Made by a program: the position numbers and the translations under genes
Shown here: one piece after another, positions 53,883-63,561 of the stretch
Layout of the letters: the number at the start of each line of letters is the position of its first letter
How positions within the stretch are numbered: position 1 is the stretch's first letter
Notes under the pieces: model-generated
Database searches by the model: none
The model's input: only the letters and a program-made list of their open reading frames with translations
What the model was told of the DNA's origin: nothing
DNA from: Rickettsiales bacterium
Lineage (GTDB): Bacteria; Pseudomonadota; Alphaproteobacteria; Rickettsiales; Anaplasmataceae
Assembly: GCA_965262395.1 (NCBI GenBank)
Contig: OZ253531.1
Coordinates: 528,838 to 592,837 of the forward strand
Direction of reading: 5' to 3'
Length of the DNA: 64,000 nucleotides

Positions 53883-55094
53883 TTAAAGCAAGCTTTTTTG
53901 TAAGTCGAAATTCAATTCTGGTTGTCCTTTTTCTTCAACGTGTTTTAGTACTTTATCAATCTGTGAAATAGTTAGATCAGAGATATTGACTTGTTGATTA
54001 CGCTCTGTGGCCAGCTTTTGTTCTTCTAATAAATAACCTGCTGTTAAGAAAAGCTGGAATGCACCGTGGCTATCAAAACTATTGTCTATTAATTCAGGAG
54101 ATAATTTGTGCAATTTTACCTTTCCTAGATCATCACCTGCTTCGAAGCTATATCCAAGTTTATTGCTACCAAAAACGGCATTTAATGATTCTGGATTTAA
54201 GATTATTGTACGGAATGAAGTAGCTAAATACGCAGAATTAGAGTTCCTATTCGCACATAAATTTATGCCATTGTAATTCTCGGGCCCAGATATACTAAGC
54301 TTTTTTAGCCTCTCAAAGAACTCAGGATCAAATTCTTCTATAAAATCACGTTTCACTTCTGCATATGCAGTTCTATCGTCATTATTTCCAGGTTCATTTT
54401 TATTTTTTAAACTGCCTATGTCTCTTTTGTCGTACTCTATTTTCATCTCTGGGGACATTTTTAATGGATCTATGTCTACGGCCTCTTCTACAATCTCTCT
54501 TACTACTGTAAAACTGTGACCTTCGTCAAACCCGCCTAGAAAGGCTGCTTCTCCAGTATCGCCTCTTTCACCACCAAAAAAATGTATTTCCTCTTCATGG
54601 ATTACTACATTGCCAAAGTCCACTACACTATTTTTTCCAGGATAAGCAGTAAGTAATCCCTTAAGTCCGAAGTTGATTCCAGGGTATATATCTAGATCGT
54701 TGAGTACTTTATTCATATATTCGGCTATGTTAGCCCCTTCTTTTAGTTCTTTTGCAGCGAATGAAGTAAATTTTTCATCAGCATTCAATACGATTTGTGC
54801 ATCATTATTGTAGGTAGCAAATCTTCCCCGTAGAGCTTTATTAGTAAAGAGTCGGACAACATTAGGAGGGTTGTGAGCATCTCTTTCCACTACGTCCCCT
54901 CGTGTATCTACTGCCCCTGCGGGTAATTCCAAATTTTCAAATTTCAATAAATCATGTTTGATTCCACAATTTATGAGCCTAATTGCGTATTCATTGAATT
55001 TTGATGAACTTACATTAGATAAAGACCATTTTAATTGACTTATTAAACCAGATATCGCAGCAACTGGATAAGAATCTATAGTTGTTCTTCCCAC
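53883..55094 (-). CDS. NUDT9-like Nudix hydrolase family protein (ADP-ribose pyrophosphatase type)
   Basis: [23 protein letters not shown] compares with NUDT9 [36 protein letters not shown] compares with [25 protein letters not shown] compares with LEAGDDAGKVKWV. Starts with GTG. Confidence 0.55.
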   Translation of the reverse strand: [403 protein letters not shown]

Positions 55095-55357
55095 AAAACC
55101 TCCCTAAGGTCAATATAATCCAGAACGCAGTATATCACCATAATGGCAATCGTCAACGGAAATAAGGGATATGTCATATTGCTTAAAATAGTCTTGCTTG
55201 ACATATCTTTAGATATTGTCATATAATCATTTTGTCGTGTTGAGAGTACATGTAAAGTTGTTTAGTGATTGATTTGTAATGCATAAATTACATTTCGAAT
55301 GGATCGTATGGTTACCAAATCTAGATTGCTGATTCTAATATGTTGGAGGATTACATT

Positions 55358-56710
55358 ATGAGATTTTTTTCTATTGTTTGTTTGTTGTTAGTCCTGTATT
55401 CCTCTTTATATAATGCGGAGGCTGTGACTCTTGAGGGATATCTTAGTGATAAAATAAAAGAAACTGGTGCTGATGTGCTAGATGCTACTGCGCAAATTCC
55501 TGAGGAAGTTAGGCAGGATATGGAATCTGGATCGAGGGTTTTTAATCTTTCAGTTGGATCTGCTGGTCATGATACTCCATTGGGTGATCAACGAGGAAAA
55601 TATAGTAGCTCAAAAGGTGATCCTGATTTAGTAAATAATGTTGTCAAGTTTTATAAAACCAGAAGGATTGCAGATTTTTCTGCTGATGATATTGTGATTA
55701 CATCTGGAGGTCGTGATGCACTGTTTAAAGTATTTAATGTGATTACCAGCACTGCAAATACTGAAGTAGAAGTACTGATTCCTTCTCCTTATTATGCATC
55801 TTATCAAAGCATTATAAATTATGCTTCTAACTTTTCTACTAAAATTACTTATATGCCGACGACTGTAGAAAATGATTTCAAAATTAGCGTGGAAGAGCTT
55901 AAGAAGTATTTGAATCCAGATAAATTACAAATTCTTGCTTTTAATACTCCTAGTAACCCAACTGGATCCATATATTCTTCTCAAGAATTGAGGGATATAG
56001 CCGAATTTGTGATTGCTAATCCTAATATATTGATCTTATCAGATGAGCCGTACATACATTTAGTTTATAATACGAATAAAGCCAAAAATTATTCAAATTA
56101 TCTCAGGGCTCCTAATATTTTAGATAGAGATCTTCTGTCTGATGATACTAGAAAAAGAGATGTATTAGATCAAAGAGTGATTATTGCTTATACTTTATCC
56201 AAGGATCTTGGAATGGTTCAGACCAGAGTTGGTTGGGCTGCTACCAAGAATCGTAAGTTAAATGCTTTGATACTTCAATCTATAAATGCAAATCAGTATT
56301 TTATTAGTAGGGCAGCACAACAAGATGCGTTGGATGCTTTAAAAGCTGTGACTCCCAAATATATAAAGGGTGTAGTTAAATTCAATAAAGAGAAGAGAGA
56401 CGTGGTGTATAATGCACTAAAAGATGCCAAGCTCATAGGTGTGTCTTTGCCAGAAGGAGCATTATATGTTGTGGTGTCTGTTAATAACATTATAGGACTT
56501 AAGTTACCTAATGGAAAAGTTATTAATGGGTCAAAAGATTTTTATAATTATCTAAAAGATACGTATCATGTTTATGTGATTCCAGGTAGTGCCTTTGGAG
56601 ATGACACTATATTCAGGATTGCTTACTCTTATCCAAGTCAAGATGATCTGAGAGAGAGCTGTGGCCTCATTACGAAAGCGTTTCATGATATTTACATGCA
56701 TAACTCTTAG
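55358..56710 (+). CDS. class I/II PLP-dependent aminotransferase (AspAT-like) with an N-terminal signal-peptide-like segment
   Basis: NTPSNPTGSIY, LSDEPYIHLVY, YTLSKDLGMVQTRVGW (PLP Lys) and SGGRDALF. N-terminus MRFFSIVCLLLVLYSSLYNAEA. GGAGGA lies 7 nt upstream of ATG 55358 (the ORF opens at 55340). Confidence 0.75.
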   Translation: MRFFSIVCLLLVLYSSLYNAEAVTLEGYLSDKIKETGADVLDATAQIPEEVRQDMESGSRVFNLSVGSAGHDTPLGDQRGKYSSSKGDPDLVNNVVKFYKTRRIADFSADDIVITSGGRDALFKVFNVITSTANTEVEVLIPSPYYASYQSIINYASNFSTKITYMPTTVENDFKISVEELKKYLNPDKLQILAFNTPSNPTGSIYSSQELRDIAEFVIANPNILILSDEPYIHLVYNTNKAKNYSNYLRAPNILDRDLLSDDTRKRDVLDQRVIIAYTLSKDLGMVQTRVGWAATKNRKLNALILQSINANQYFISRAAQQDALDALKAVTPKYIKGVVKFNKEKRDVVYNALKDAKLIGVSLPEGALYVVVSVNNIIGLKLPNGKVINGSKDFYNYLKDTYHVYVIPGSAFGDDTIFRIAYSYPSQDDLRESCGLITKAFHDIYMHNS

Positions 56711-57450
56711 ATTGACCGTAATGAATGAATTCGTTCATTATGAATGAGTTCGTTCATTAATGATTACATGGGTAATAGAGATTTTCGTGATATTTACATG
56801 CATAACTCTTAGATTAACCGTAATGAATAAGTTCGTTCATTAATGATTACATGGGTAATAGAGATTTTCGTGATATTTACATGCATAACTCTTAGATTGA
56901 CCGTAATGAATAAGTTCGTTCATTAATGATTACATGGGTAATAGAGATTTTCGTGATATTTACATGCATAACTCTTAGATTAACCATGATGAATAAGTTC
57001 GTTCAGTATGAATAAGTTCGTTCATTAATGATTACATGGGTAATAGAGATTTTCGTGATATTTACATGCATAACTCTTAGATTAACCGTGATGAATAAGT
57101 TCGTTCAGTATGAATAAGTTCGTTCATTAATGATTACATGGGTAATAGAGATTTTCGTGATATTTACATGCATAACTCTTAGATTAACCGTGATGAATAA
57201 GTTCGTTCAGTATGAATGAGTTCGTTCATTAATGATTACATGGGTAATAGAGATTTTCGTGATATTTACATGCATAACTCTTAGATTGACCGTAATGAAT
57301 AAGTTCGTTCATTAATGATTACATGGGTAATAGAGATTTTCGTGATATTTACATGCATAACTCTTAGATTAACCATGATGAATAAGTTCGTTCAGTATGA
57401 ATAAGCTCGTTCATTAATGATTACATGGGTAATAGAGATTTTCGTGATAT
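56687..57450 (+). repeat. about 9 tandem units alternating 83 and 102 bp, each starting with the last 7 codons plus stop of the aminotransferase gene
   Basis: gatatttacatgcataactcttag occurs at 56687, 56789, 56872, 56955, 57057, 57159, 57261 and 57344, with a truncated copy at 57446. The 102-bp form has an extra 19-bp internal duplication (atgaat(a/g)agttcgttca). Confidence 0.9.
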
Positions 57451-57612
57451 AAGAAAAAAGGTGTGAGTGGCTTATATGCCGTTGCATAGTCTTGTTCTGA
57501 TCATTTTATCATAGTAATTGCTGCGAAAAATATAAATCAGATTATTATCTGATACCCATGCTTTTATATCGATTTTATTTTCTAATCTCTAATCTCTAAC
57601 TTTTCAACATAT

Positions 57613-59016
57613 TTAATTATCTAATGACTGACTAGACATCTGTGAATCATTTATGTTTATTGCATTAATCACAGACCTTCTTGTGTTTTTAGAGCTTACT
57701 TCAGTTTGAGGTAGCTCTTCTGTATGAAATATGGAAGTAGTTTTATTAAAATAATTGATAATGCTCATAGTAGATTCTAGTAGTTGGGGTATCATCTCTT
57801 CTTCCATAGTGTCTGGTATTAACTCTATAATCTCTTCTTTTTTTGTTTGTCTGGAGTCTAAGATATTTTGTATTAAGTCCAAGTGTTGTATTGCTAAAGA
57901 ATCTAATAGATTAATTAATAGTGTGTGCTCAGGTGCTGGTTCGTGTGCATGTAGAGCAAAATCTCGGAAGAATAATCGTAATTTATTTGATAATGCATGA
58001 TTGTCTCTATTCACTCTATTTAATACATGAATAATAGATAAAATAGATTGGTAATCTATTTTATGTAATAGTGATTGAAAGGCATCACGATTCCTGAAAT
58101 ATATGGAAAATAACTTTATACTTTCTTCTTCATTGAGATGTAATTTATCTAATATGCTTGCAATCATATCTAATTCATATCTACCTTGCATTGGCGCATT
58201 ATTACATCCATTTCCTATCTCTTTTTTGTGGTGTTGAGCGGGGCCAGCAGTGTCTGTGGGGGTTGCAATGATTTTGTTTTTCTTTCTCATTAAGGTGCAT
58301 TTTTTGCTCAATATATATCTTTGTGCATGTTCTAATATAATATTTATCTCTTGTGGGGTTGTGTTAGATATATGTATGGATTCCATTTTTTTTTCTGACA
58401 ACTGGCTAACTAGGAATATATTGTCTGTAGTCCAGTGGTTTGTTGTAAATAAGAATTTTCCAAGTATCGTTGGCAATGTATCGAGTATTTGCTTTTCACA
58501 GGGGTTTTTTGCTAATAATTGTATATATTGCAACAGGAGTTCTTGTTGAGGTTTATTAAATTCTTGAGTTTCATTTATCAATGATTTTATGAATTTAGCA
58601 TTGGGATCAACTGCGAGTAACACCCTTTGCATGTATTCCAGCTGTAGAGTGCAATGACCTTTAATTATCAATCGTTGCGTTGCCTGTAAATCTTTTATGG
58701 ACAATGTTAAACATTCAACTTGTGCCTTGAGATGTTGTACTAGTAGTTCCGTGCCATTTGTGCCATTTAAGATTTGTCCCTGTGTAATCTTGGAGATTAT
58801 TTTGAATTTTACTAATTTATTGGTTATTTCATATAGTTCTTCTCGGCTAATGGTTTTGTTGTTAATCCTAGCCAATATTTCTAATATTTGTAGGTGTAGA
58901 TTTACTAATGGTTCTTCTAGGCTCTTCTTGGTTTGTGTAAATCTTTTTGTAGATTTGTAATTTCCATTACTAATATTAGTACTGTTGAAAATGCCATTAG
59001 ATTTATTACTATTCAT
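57613..59016 (-). CDS. hypothetical protein (467 aa), non-repetitive and helical-looking
   Basis: Long ORF with no motif recognised. Asn/Ser-rich termini. Confidence 0.6.
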   Translation of the reverse strand: MNSNKSNGIFNSTNISNGNYKSTKRFTQTKKSLEEPLVNLHLQILEILARINNKTISREELYEITNKLVKFKIISKITQGQILNGTNGTELLVQHLKAQVECLTLSIKDLQATQRLIIKGHCTLQLEYMQRVLLAVDPNAKFIKSLINETQEFNKPQQELLLQYIQLLAKNPCEKQILDTLPTILGKFLFTTNHWTTDNIFLVSQLSEKKMESIHISNTTPQEINIILEHAQRYILSKKCTLMRKKNKIIATPTDTAGPAQHHKKEIGNGCNNAPMQGRYELDMIASILDKLHLNEEESIKLFSIYFRNRDAFQSLLHKIDYQSILSIIHVLNRVNRDNHALSNKLRLFFRDFALHAHEPAPEHTLLINLLDSLAIQHLDLIQNILDSRQTKKEEIIELIPDTMEEEMIPQLLESTMSIINYFNKTTSIFHTEELPQTEVSSKNTRRSVINAININDSQMSSQSLDN

Positions 59017-59127
59017 TGTTGTATTACTTAATATCAGTGCTCTGCAGGCTATATCTAATATGTTTATATTTTATGAATATACCTGATATGACAACTCTAT
59101 TGACTTTCTTTTGCTAGCATCTATCAT

Positions 59128-60423
59128 GTGACTAAATATCATTTTTGTACCTGTATAATGTATATATTACCCATGTTAATTCTCTGTCTGTTTCCATCTA
59201 TATTGTGTGCTGCAGAGGAGGCGATAGAGATAGGTTTTCCATATGCTTTGTTGTTGGCATTTTTGGGTGGTATCGTGCTCAATTTGATGCCGTGCGTGCT
59301 TCCTGTTATATCTTTAAAGGCTTTGTCCTTTGTTAATAGTGTTAACGGACAATCTAAATCTATTAGGCGTAATGGTATATTTTATGCCTTAGGGATTCAT
59401 GCGAGCTTCACAGTGCTAGTTGGCATGCTCCTAATATTGCAATATGTAGGTTATGCAGTAGGATGGGGTTTTCAAATGCAATCACCGATATTTGTAACAA
59501 TTTTAGCTTACATTATGTTTGCTGTGGCGCTGAATTTATCTGGATTTTTTGAATTTCCTGCGCTTTCTTTCAGTGGGGTTTCCGCTACTGAAGATGGAAT
59601 TAAGGCTAGCTTTTTTACAGGAGTATTAGTCACACTTGTATCTACTCCATGTTCTGCTCCATTTATGGCTACTGCAGTTGGATTTGCTTTAGCTCAGCCG
59701 CCTGTTATGTCGTTATTAGTTTTAGAATTTTTAGCGTTTGGATTAGCTTTTCCTTATTTGTTGATGTCTTATTTTCCTGCTGTCTTTTCGAAATTCATAC
59801 CTAAGCCAGGGAACTGGATGATTGTTATGAAAGAAGCTTTGGCTTTTCCTTTATATTTAACGGTAATTTGGTTGTTATGGTTATTGTCTCAGCAAACTGG
59901 TAGCAACAATTATTCAATGCTTGTGCTATGTGGGTTGGTGTTTATCGTATTTTCTGTGTGGCTGTGGAAGCTTTCAGCAGGCATAATGGAGCATAAATCT
60001 AAGATAGCATACATGTTGATGTGTTTGTTTATATTATGGATTCCTATGTCATCTACAGTAGATCATAGTAGATATAAGGTTGAGCCCATTGCTTACTCAT
60101 CTGAGCTTGTTGCGGAGCATTTGAAGCTGAATGATCCAGTTTTTGTTGCTGTAAGTGCTGATTGGTGTTTCACTTGTAAGGTTAATGATAAATTTGCTCT
60201 GAAATCTGAAGAGTTTTATCATTTTTTGCGTGATAATCAGATAGTTTATATTAAGGCTGATTGGACTAATCATGATGATGCCATAACTGAATATTTGGTG
60301 AGTTTAGACCGAAGGACCGTGCCTACATATGTTATGTATTACCAAGGAAAGCACCATATATTCTCTGAGATTCTAACTCCTGGTGGACTGGTTAATGCAA
60401 TGGCGCTTATTCTAGATAAATGA
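59128..60423 (+). CDS. dsbD: thiol:disulfide interchange protein DsbD-like (DsbD/CcdA transmembrane domain plus C-terminal thioredoxin-like domain)
   Basis: GGIVLNLMPCVLPVISLKA, TPCSAPFM and C-terminal VAVSADWCFTCKVN (CxxC). GTG at 59128 or ATG a few codons in. Confidence 0.8.
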   Translation: MTKYHFCTCIMYILPMLILCLFPSILCAAEEAIEIGFPYALLLAFLGGIVLNLMPCVLPVISLKALSFVNSVNGQSKSIRRNGIFYALGIHASFTVLVGMLLILQYVGYAVGWGFQMQSPIFVTILAYIMFAVALNLSGFFEFPALSFSGVSATEDGIKASFFTGVLVTLVSTPCSAPFMATAVGFALAQPPVMSLLVLEFLAFGLAFPYLLMSYFPAVFSKFIPKPGNWMIVMKEALAFPLYLTVIWLLWLLSQQTGSNNYSMLVLCGLVFIVFSVWLWKLSAGIMEHKSKIAYMLMCLFILWIPMSSTVDHSRYKVEPIAYSSELVAEHLKLNDPVFVAVSADWCFTCKVNDKFALKSEEFYHFLRDNQIVYIKADWTNHDDAITEYLVSLDRRTVPTYVMYYQGKHHIFSEILTPGGLVNAMALILDK

Positions 60424-60704
60424 GAAAAGGTATATTTGTGATCAAGAGCTGGTATGATTTATTGTTTAATAGTGATTTTGAATTCATTGACGCTGATTTA
60501 AAGCAAGATAGTATAAGAATATTAAGATATTTGCTTTTGTCTTTCACCTGTATCTATTTTTGTTTCGTCGATGATTTTCGTGGCTCAACTTGGATTATTT
60601 CCTTTTGTTCAGGAATGTTTGTGGTTAGTACTATAATATTCGGACGTGATTTATATTTCCGTCTTAGGTATAGAAAATGGCGTATAACGAGAACACGAAG
60701 CTAG
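60420..60704 (+). CDS. hypothetical small membrane protein (94 aa)
   Basis: ATGA overlap with the dsbD stop suggests coupling. Two hydrophobic segments and a basic C-terminus. Confidence 0.4.
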   Translation: MRKGIFVIKSWYDLLFNSDFEFIDADLKQDSIRILRYLLLSFTCIYFCFVDDFRGSTWIISFCSGMFVVSTIIFGRDLYFRLRYRKWRITRTRS

Positions 60705-60740
60705 GGTGTGATGGGCAGCTGTGCAGCTGTGCGGCATAAA

Positions 60741-62231
60741 TTATAATGTATACATCTTCATTGCTATCAATATTAATGTAGCTAAAATTGCAATTTGCAG
60801 AAGTAATGAATGATGTGCGGATTTGTTGTTGAGATTAAATTTTTCTAGTTTTTTATTTGCTGTTTCTATTAGTTTCTCAGTCTCAATTATTATTGTTGGA
60901 ATGGCAAACATTGCTTGTTTTGATTTGCGTGCATGATTAAATAGCTTTGCTTTTATGCCAAAATTTTGTTTTGCCCAGTTCTCAATCCATGGCTGTGCAT
61001 ATTGCCATAAATTAGCTTTTTTATATATTTTACAGCATAGTCCTTCCATTAATACTGTGCTTTTTTGTAAAAGAAGCAGTTGTATTTGTGTGGGCATATT
61101 AAAATCTGCTGTAATTTTGAATAATTGTGATAAAAGTCTTGCAATTGATATTTCGGAAATTGGTTTGCCCACTATGGGTTCGCCTAGTGCTCGGCAAGCA
61201 CTCACAAACTCTGTATGTTTCCTGTCAACATAGCCTGCCTCAAAATGAATTTCTGCCACACGATTATAGTCTTTTTTCAAGAAGCCACGTAGTATCTCTG
61301 CAACATATACTCTCGTTTTAAGATCCAAGCGTCCCATAATTCCAAAGTCTAATAATATTATTTTATTATTTTCTCCTAGCATTATGTTTCCAGAATGCAG
61401 GTCGCCATGAAAGAAGCCAGTTTTATATGCTTGATTAAAGAATGTATTGACAAGGTTTACTGCTATTTTTTTACAAGAATCTTCATTTGTTTCTGAATCT
61501 ATAGGCTTTCCTTCCATCCATTCCATAGTTAAGATTCTTTGGTGTGTGTGTGCCCAGAATATTTTTGGGATGCAAATATTAGTATCATCTGCAAGATTTT
61601 CTTTTAATTCTGAGGCGTTGGCTGCTTCTATTCTTAGATCAAGTTCTAGGTTGGTGTTTTTTTTAAATTTATCTACTGTTTCTATTAATTTTAGGCGCTT
61701 GGTTTTAGGAAAGATACTTTCTACTAACCTTGCAACTGTTATAAATAAGTCTATTTCATTCATAAAGATTTTATGTATGTTTGGTCTTAAAACTTTGACT
61801 GCTACTGCTTCGCCAGAGGAGAGTTTTGCTTTATAGACTTGTGCAATTGATGCAGATGCAACTGGTTTTTTGTCAAATTCAGTAAAGATATTACAAATTT
61901 CTGATTTCATTTCCTTTTTTATTATTTTTTCTGCTTTTTCGAAAGGGAATGGCTTGGTCTTATCACACAATTTACTCAACTCTTTGGTGAAATCTGATCC
62001 AATTATATCTTCTCTCATGGATAGAGATTGTCCAAACTTTATAAATACTGGTCCAAGTTTTTGTAATGCTAAGTTTAGTCTTTCAGGAAGGGATTTTTTG
62101 CGTACTTCTTTAGCTGTAGGTACAACAATAAATATTATTTTAAATATCAAATATCTATTAAGTATCTTGTAACGTGATATTACACTAAGAATATGTATTA
62201 CTTTGCATAATTGTTTAACATATCTTATCAT
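60741..62231 (-). CDS. ubiB: UbiB/ABC1-family ubiquinone biosynthesis kinase-like protein
   Basis: LQKLGPVFIKFGQSLSMREDIIG, ASIAQVYKAKLSSGEAVAVKVLRPNI, FFHGDLHSGNIML and ILLDFGIMGRL, with a C-terminal TM. Confidence 0.85.
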   Translation of the reverse strand: MIRYVKQLCKVIHILSVISRYKILNRYLIFKIIFIVVPTAKEVRKKSLPERLNLALQKLGPVFIKFGQSLSMREDIIGSDFTKELSKLCDKTKPFPFEKAEKIIKKEMKSEICNIFTEFDKKPVASASIAQVYKAKLSSGEAVAVKVLRPNIHKIFMNEIDLFITVARLVESIFPKTKRLKLIETVDKFKKNTNLELDLRIEAANASELKENLADDTNICIPKIFWAHTHQRILTMEWMEGKPIDSETNEDSCKKIAVNLVNTFFNQAYKTGFFHGDLHSGNIMLGENNKIILLDFGIMGRLDLKTRVYVAEILRGFLKKDYNRVAEIHFEAGYVDRKHTEFVSACRALGEPIVGKPISEISIARLLSQLFKITADFNMPTQIQLLLLQKSTVLMEGLCCKIYKKANLWQYAQPWIENWAKQNFGIKAKLFNHARKSKQAMFAIPTIIIETEKLIETANKKLEKFNLNNKSAHHSLLLQIAILATLILIAMKMYTL

Positions 62232-62862
62232 TTAAATAATTTTTGTTAATAACTTTACTATAACACTAAGATTAAAGGTATGTGCGCTTATTTACAAGTA
62301 GAATAATAAACATTCACATTGATATATAAATGTTTATTCAAGGTCAGTGTTTACTTGACCTGAACGCTTATTTATGTTATCCTTTAAGTGGATGGGGGAG
62401 TGCTGATTTATTTGTTAGTGCTTATATGCCCTTGAGCCATAAATAAACTGAAAGGGAACTGTCCCTGGCAAGAATGCGTTCTTGTTATATGGTGCCCACC
62501 TGTACAAAACAGTCTCAGGTCTCTTATGTCGCGACGGTAGAATTGGTTCCTCTGTCCATGTTTATCACGTTCTGTGGTATTTTGTTCGTCTTACATATTT
62601 TTCTTGTTTTTATTTTTTATTTGTAATAAACTTCAGGTTGAGATATTGGCAGTTGACTTGTGAGTTGTGTTGTCTTCTCGGTTAGTAGGCCTTATTACTG
62701 ATTCGTTTGCTCTGCAACCTTTGTGTTTTGTGAGCGCATCGAGATTATTGGTTCATTATGTATGCCTCTTGTTAGAAGATTAAGTAGGTGGTGTGTAGTG
62801 GTGCTTTCTTGATGTTAAGCGTTTCCTTTAATGTTTTATAATTATTTATTATAGGTAGTGGT

Positions 62863-63411
62863 ATGAATGGAGATAGAAATAGACTTAGAAATCAAATTAT
62901 TAATAACAGAGTTAGCTCTAATCCGTTTGAGTGGGATAAATTTGCTAATGCTCCTCTGCCAGGCCAGGATCGTATTAATAATGCTTTTAATAGAGAAGTT
63001 GAGAACCAAAAAAAATTGCGTGACCTTGCTGCAAGAACTTCTAATGATTTACGTAATCCAGATTTTTTTCGTGACAGTATTTTTAATGGAATTAATAAAT
63101 ATAATCCACATTCTGGTCCTGTTTATGGTAATGACCAAGCGCTCAGACAATCTGGATATGAAGGAGGTGGTGCTTCACCTATGTATGCTGGACCTGCGCC
63201 GCAACAACAACATCCTATGATGGCTCAACATCAACAGCAGATTAATCAGCCCAGACAATCATACGAAGGAGGAGCTGCTCCATCTATGTATGCTGCACCA
63301 CAACATCAACAAGCTCCTTTACCTCATCATCATTCACAACATGCCGTGAATCCTAATGCTATGCCGATTCCTCTTTCTCATCAATCTCGTAATAATCCTA
63401 ATAATTATTAG
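62863..63411 (+). CDS. hypothetical Gln/Pro/Asn-rich low-complexity protein (182 aa)
   Basis: Internal duplication SGYEGGGASPMYAGPAPQQQH / QSYEGGAAPSMYAAPQHQQ. A 630-bp leader precedes it. Confidence 0.55.
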   Translation: MNGDRNRLRNQIINNRVSSNPFEWDKFANAPLPGQDRINNAFNREVENQKKLRDLAARTSNDLRNPDFFRDSIFNGINKYNPHSGPVYGNDQALRQSGYEGGGASPMYAGPAPQQQHPMMAQHQQQINQPRQSYEGGAAPSMYAAPQHQQAPLPHHHSQHAVNPNAMPIPLSHQSRNNPNNY

Positions 63412-63561
63412 GACTATTATCGTAGAATTTTATAGATAAGGTGAGAAATTGTAAGATTAAGATGTAGAGAGTAATAGGTTTTTTTTTAAAACTCTTTGCT
63501 TTATTTGATGTTTCTATGTGTGGTATTTCTTTATAATTATTTATTATATTTTACTTATGTT

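Noticed and set aside
4340-57450. CRISPR arrays as an explanation for the many regularly spaced repeats
   Set aside because: All arrays are head-to-tail with no unique spacers between units. Unit lengths (7-121 bp) and gene-tail content are wrong for CRISPR, and no cas genes are present.
62340-62600. tmRNA, SRP (4.5S), RNase P or 6S RNA gene
   Set aside because: I looked for GGAAGCAGCC-type SRP domain IV, the tmRNA T-arm/ACCA end with an Ala-ending tag frame, and the RNase P GAGGAAAGTCC box. None is present. It is kept only as a low-interest candidate for an unclassified RNA.
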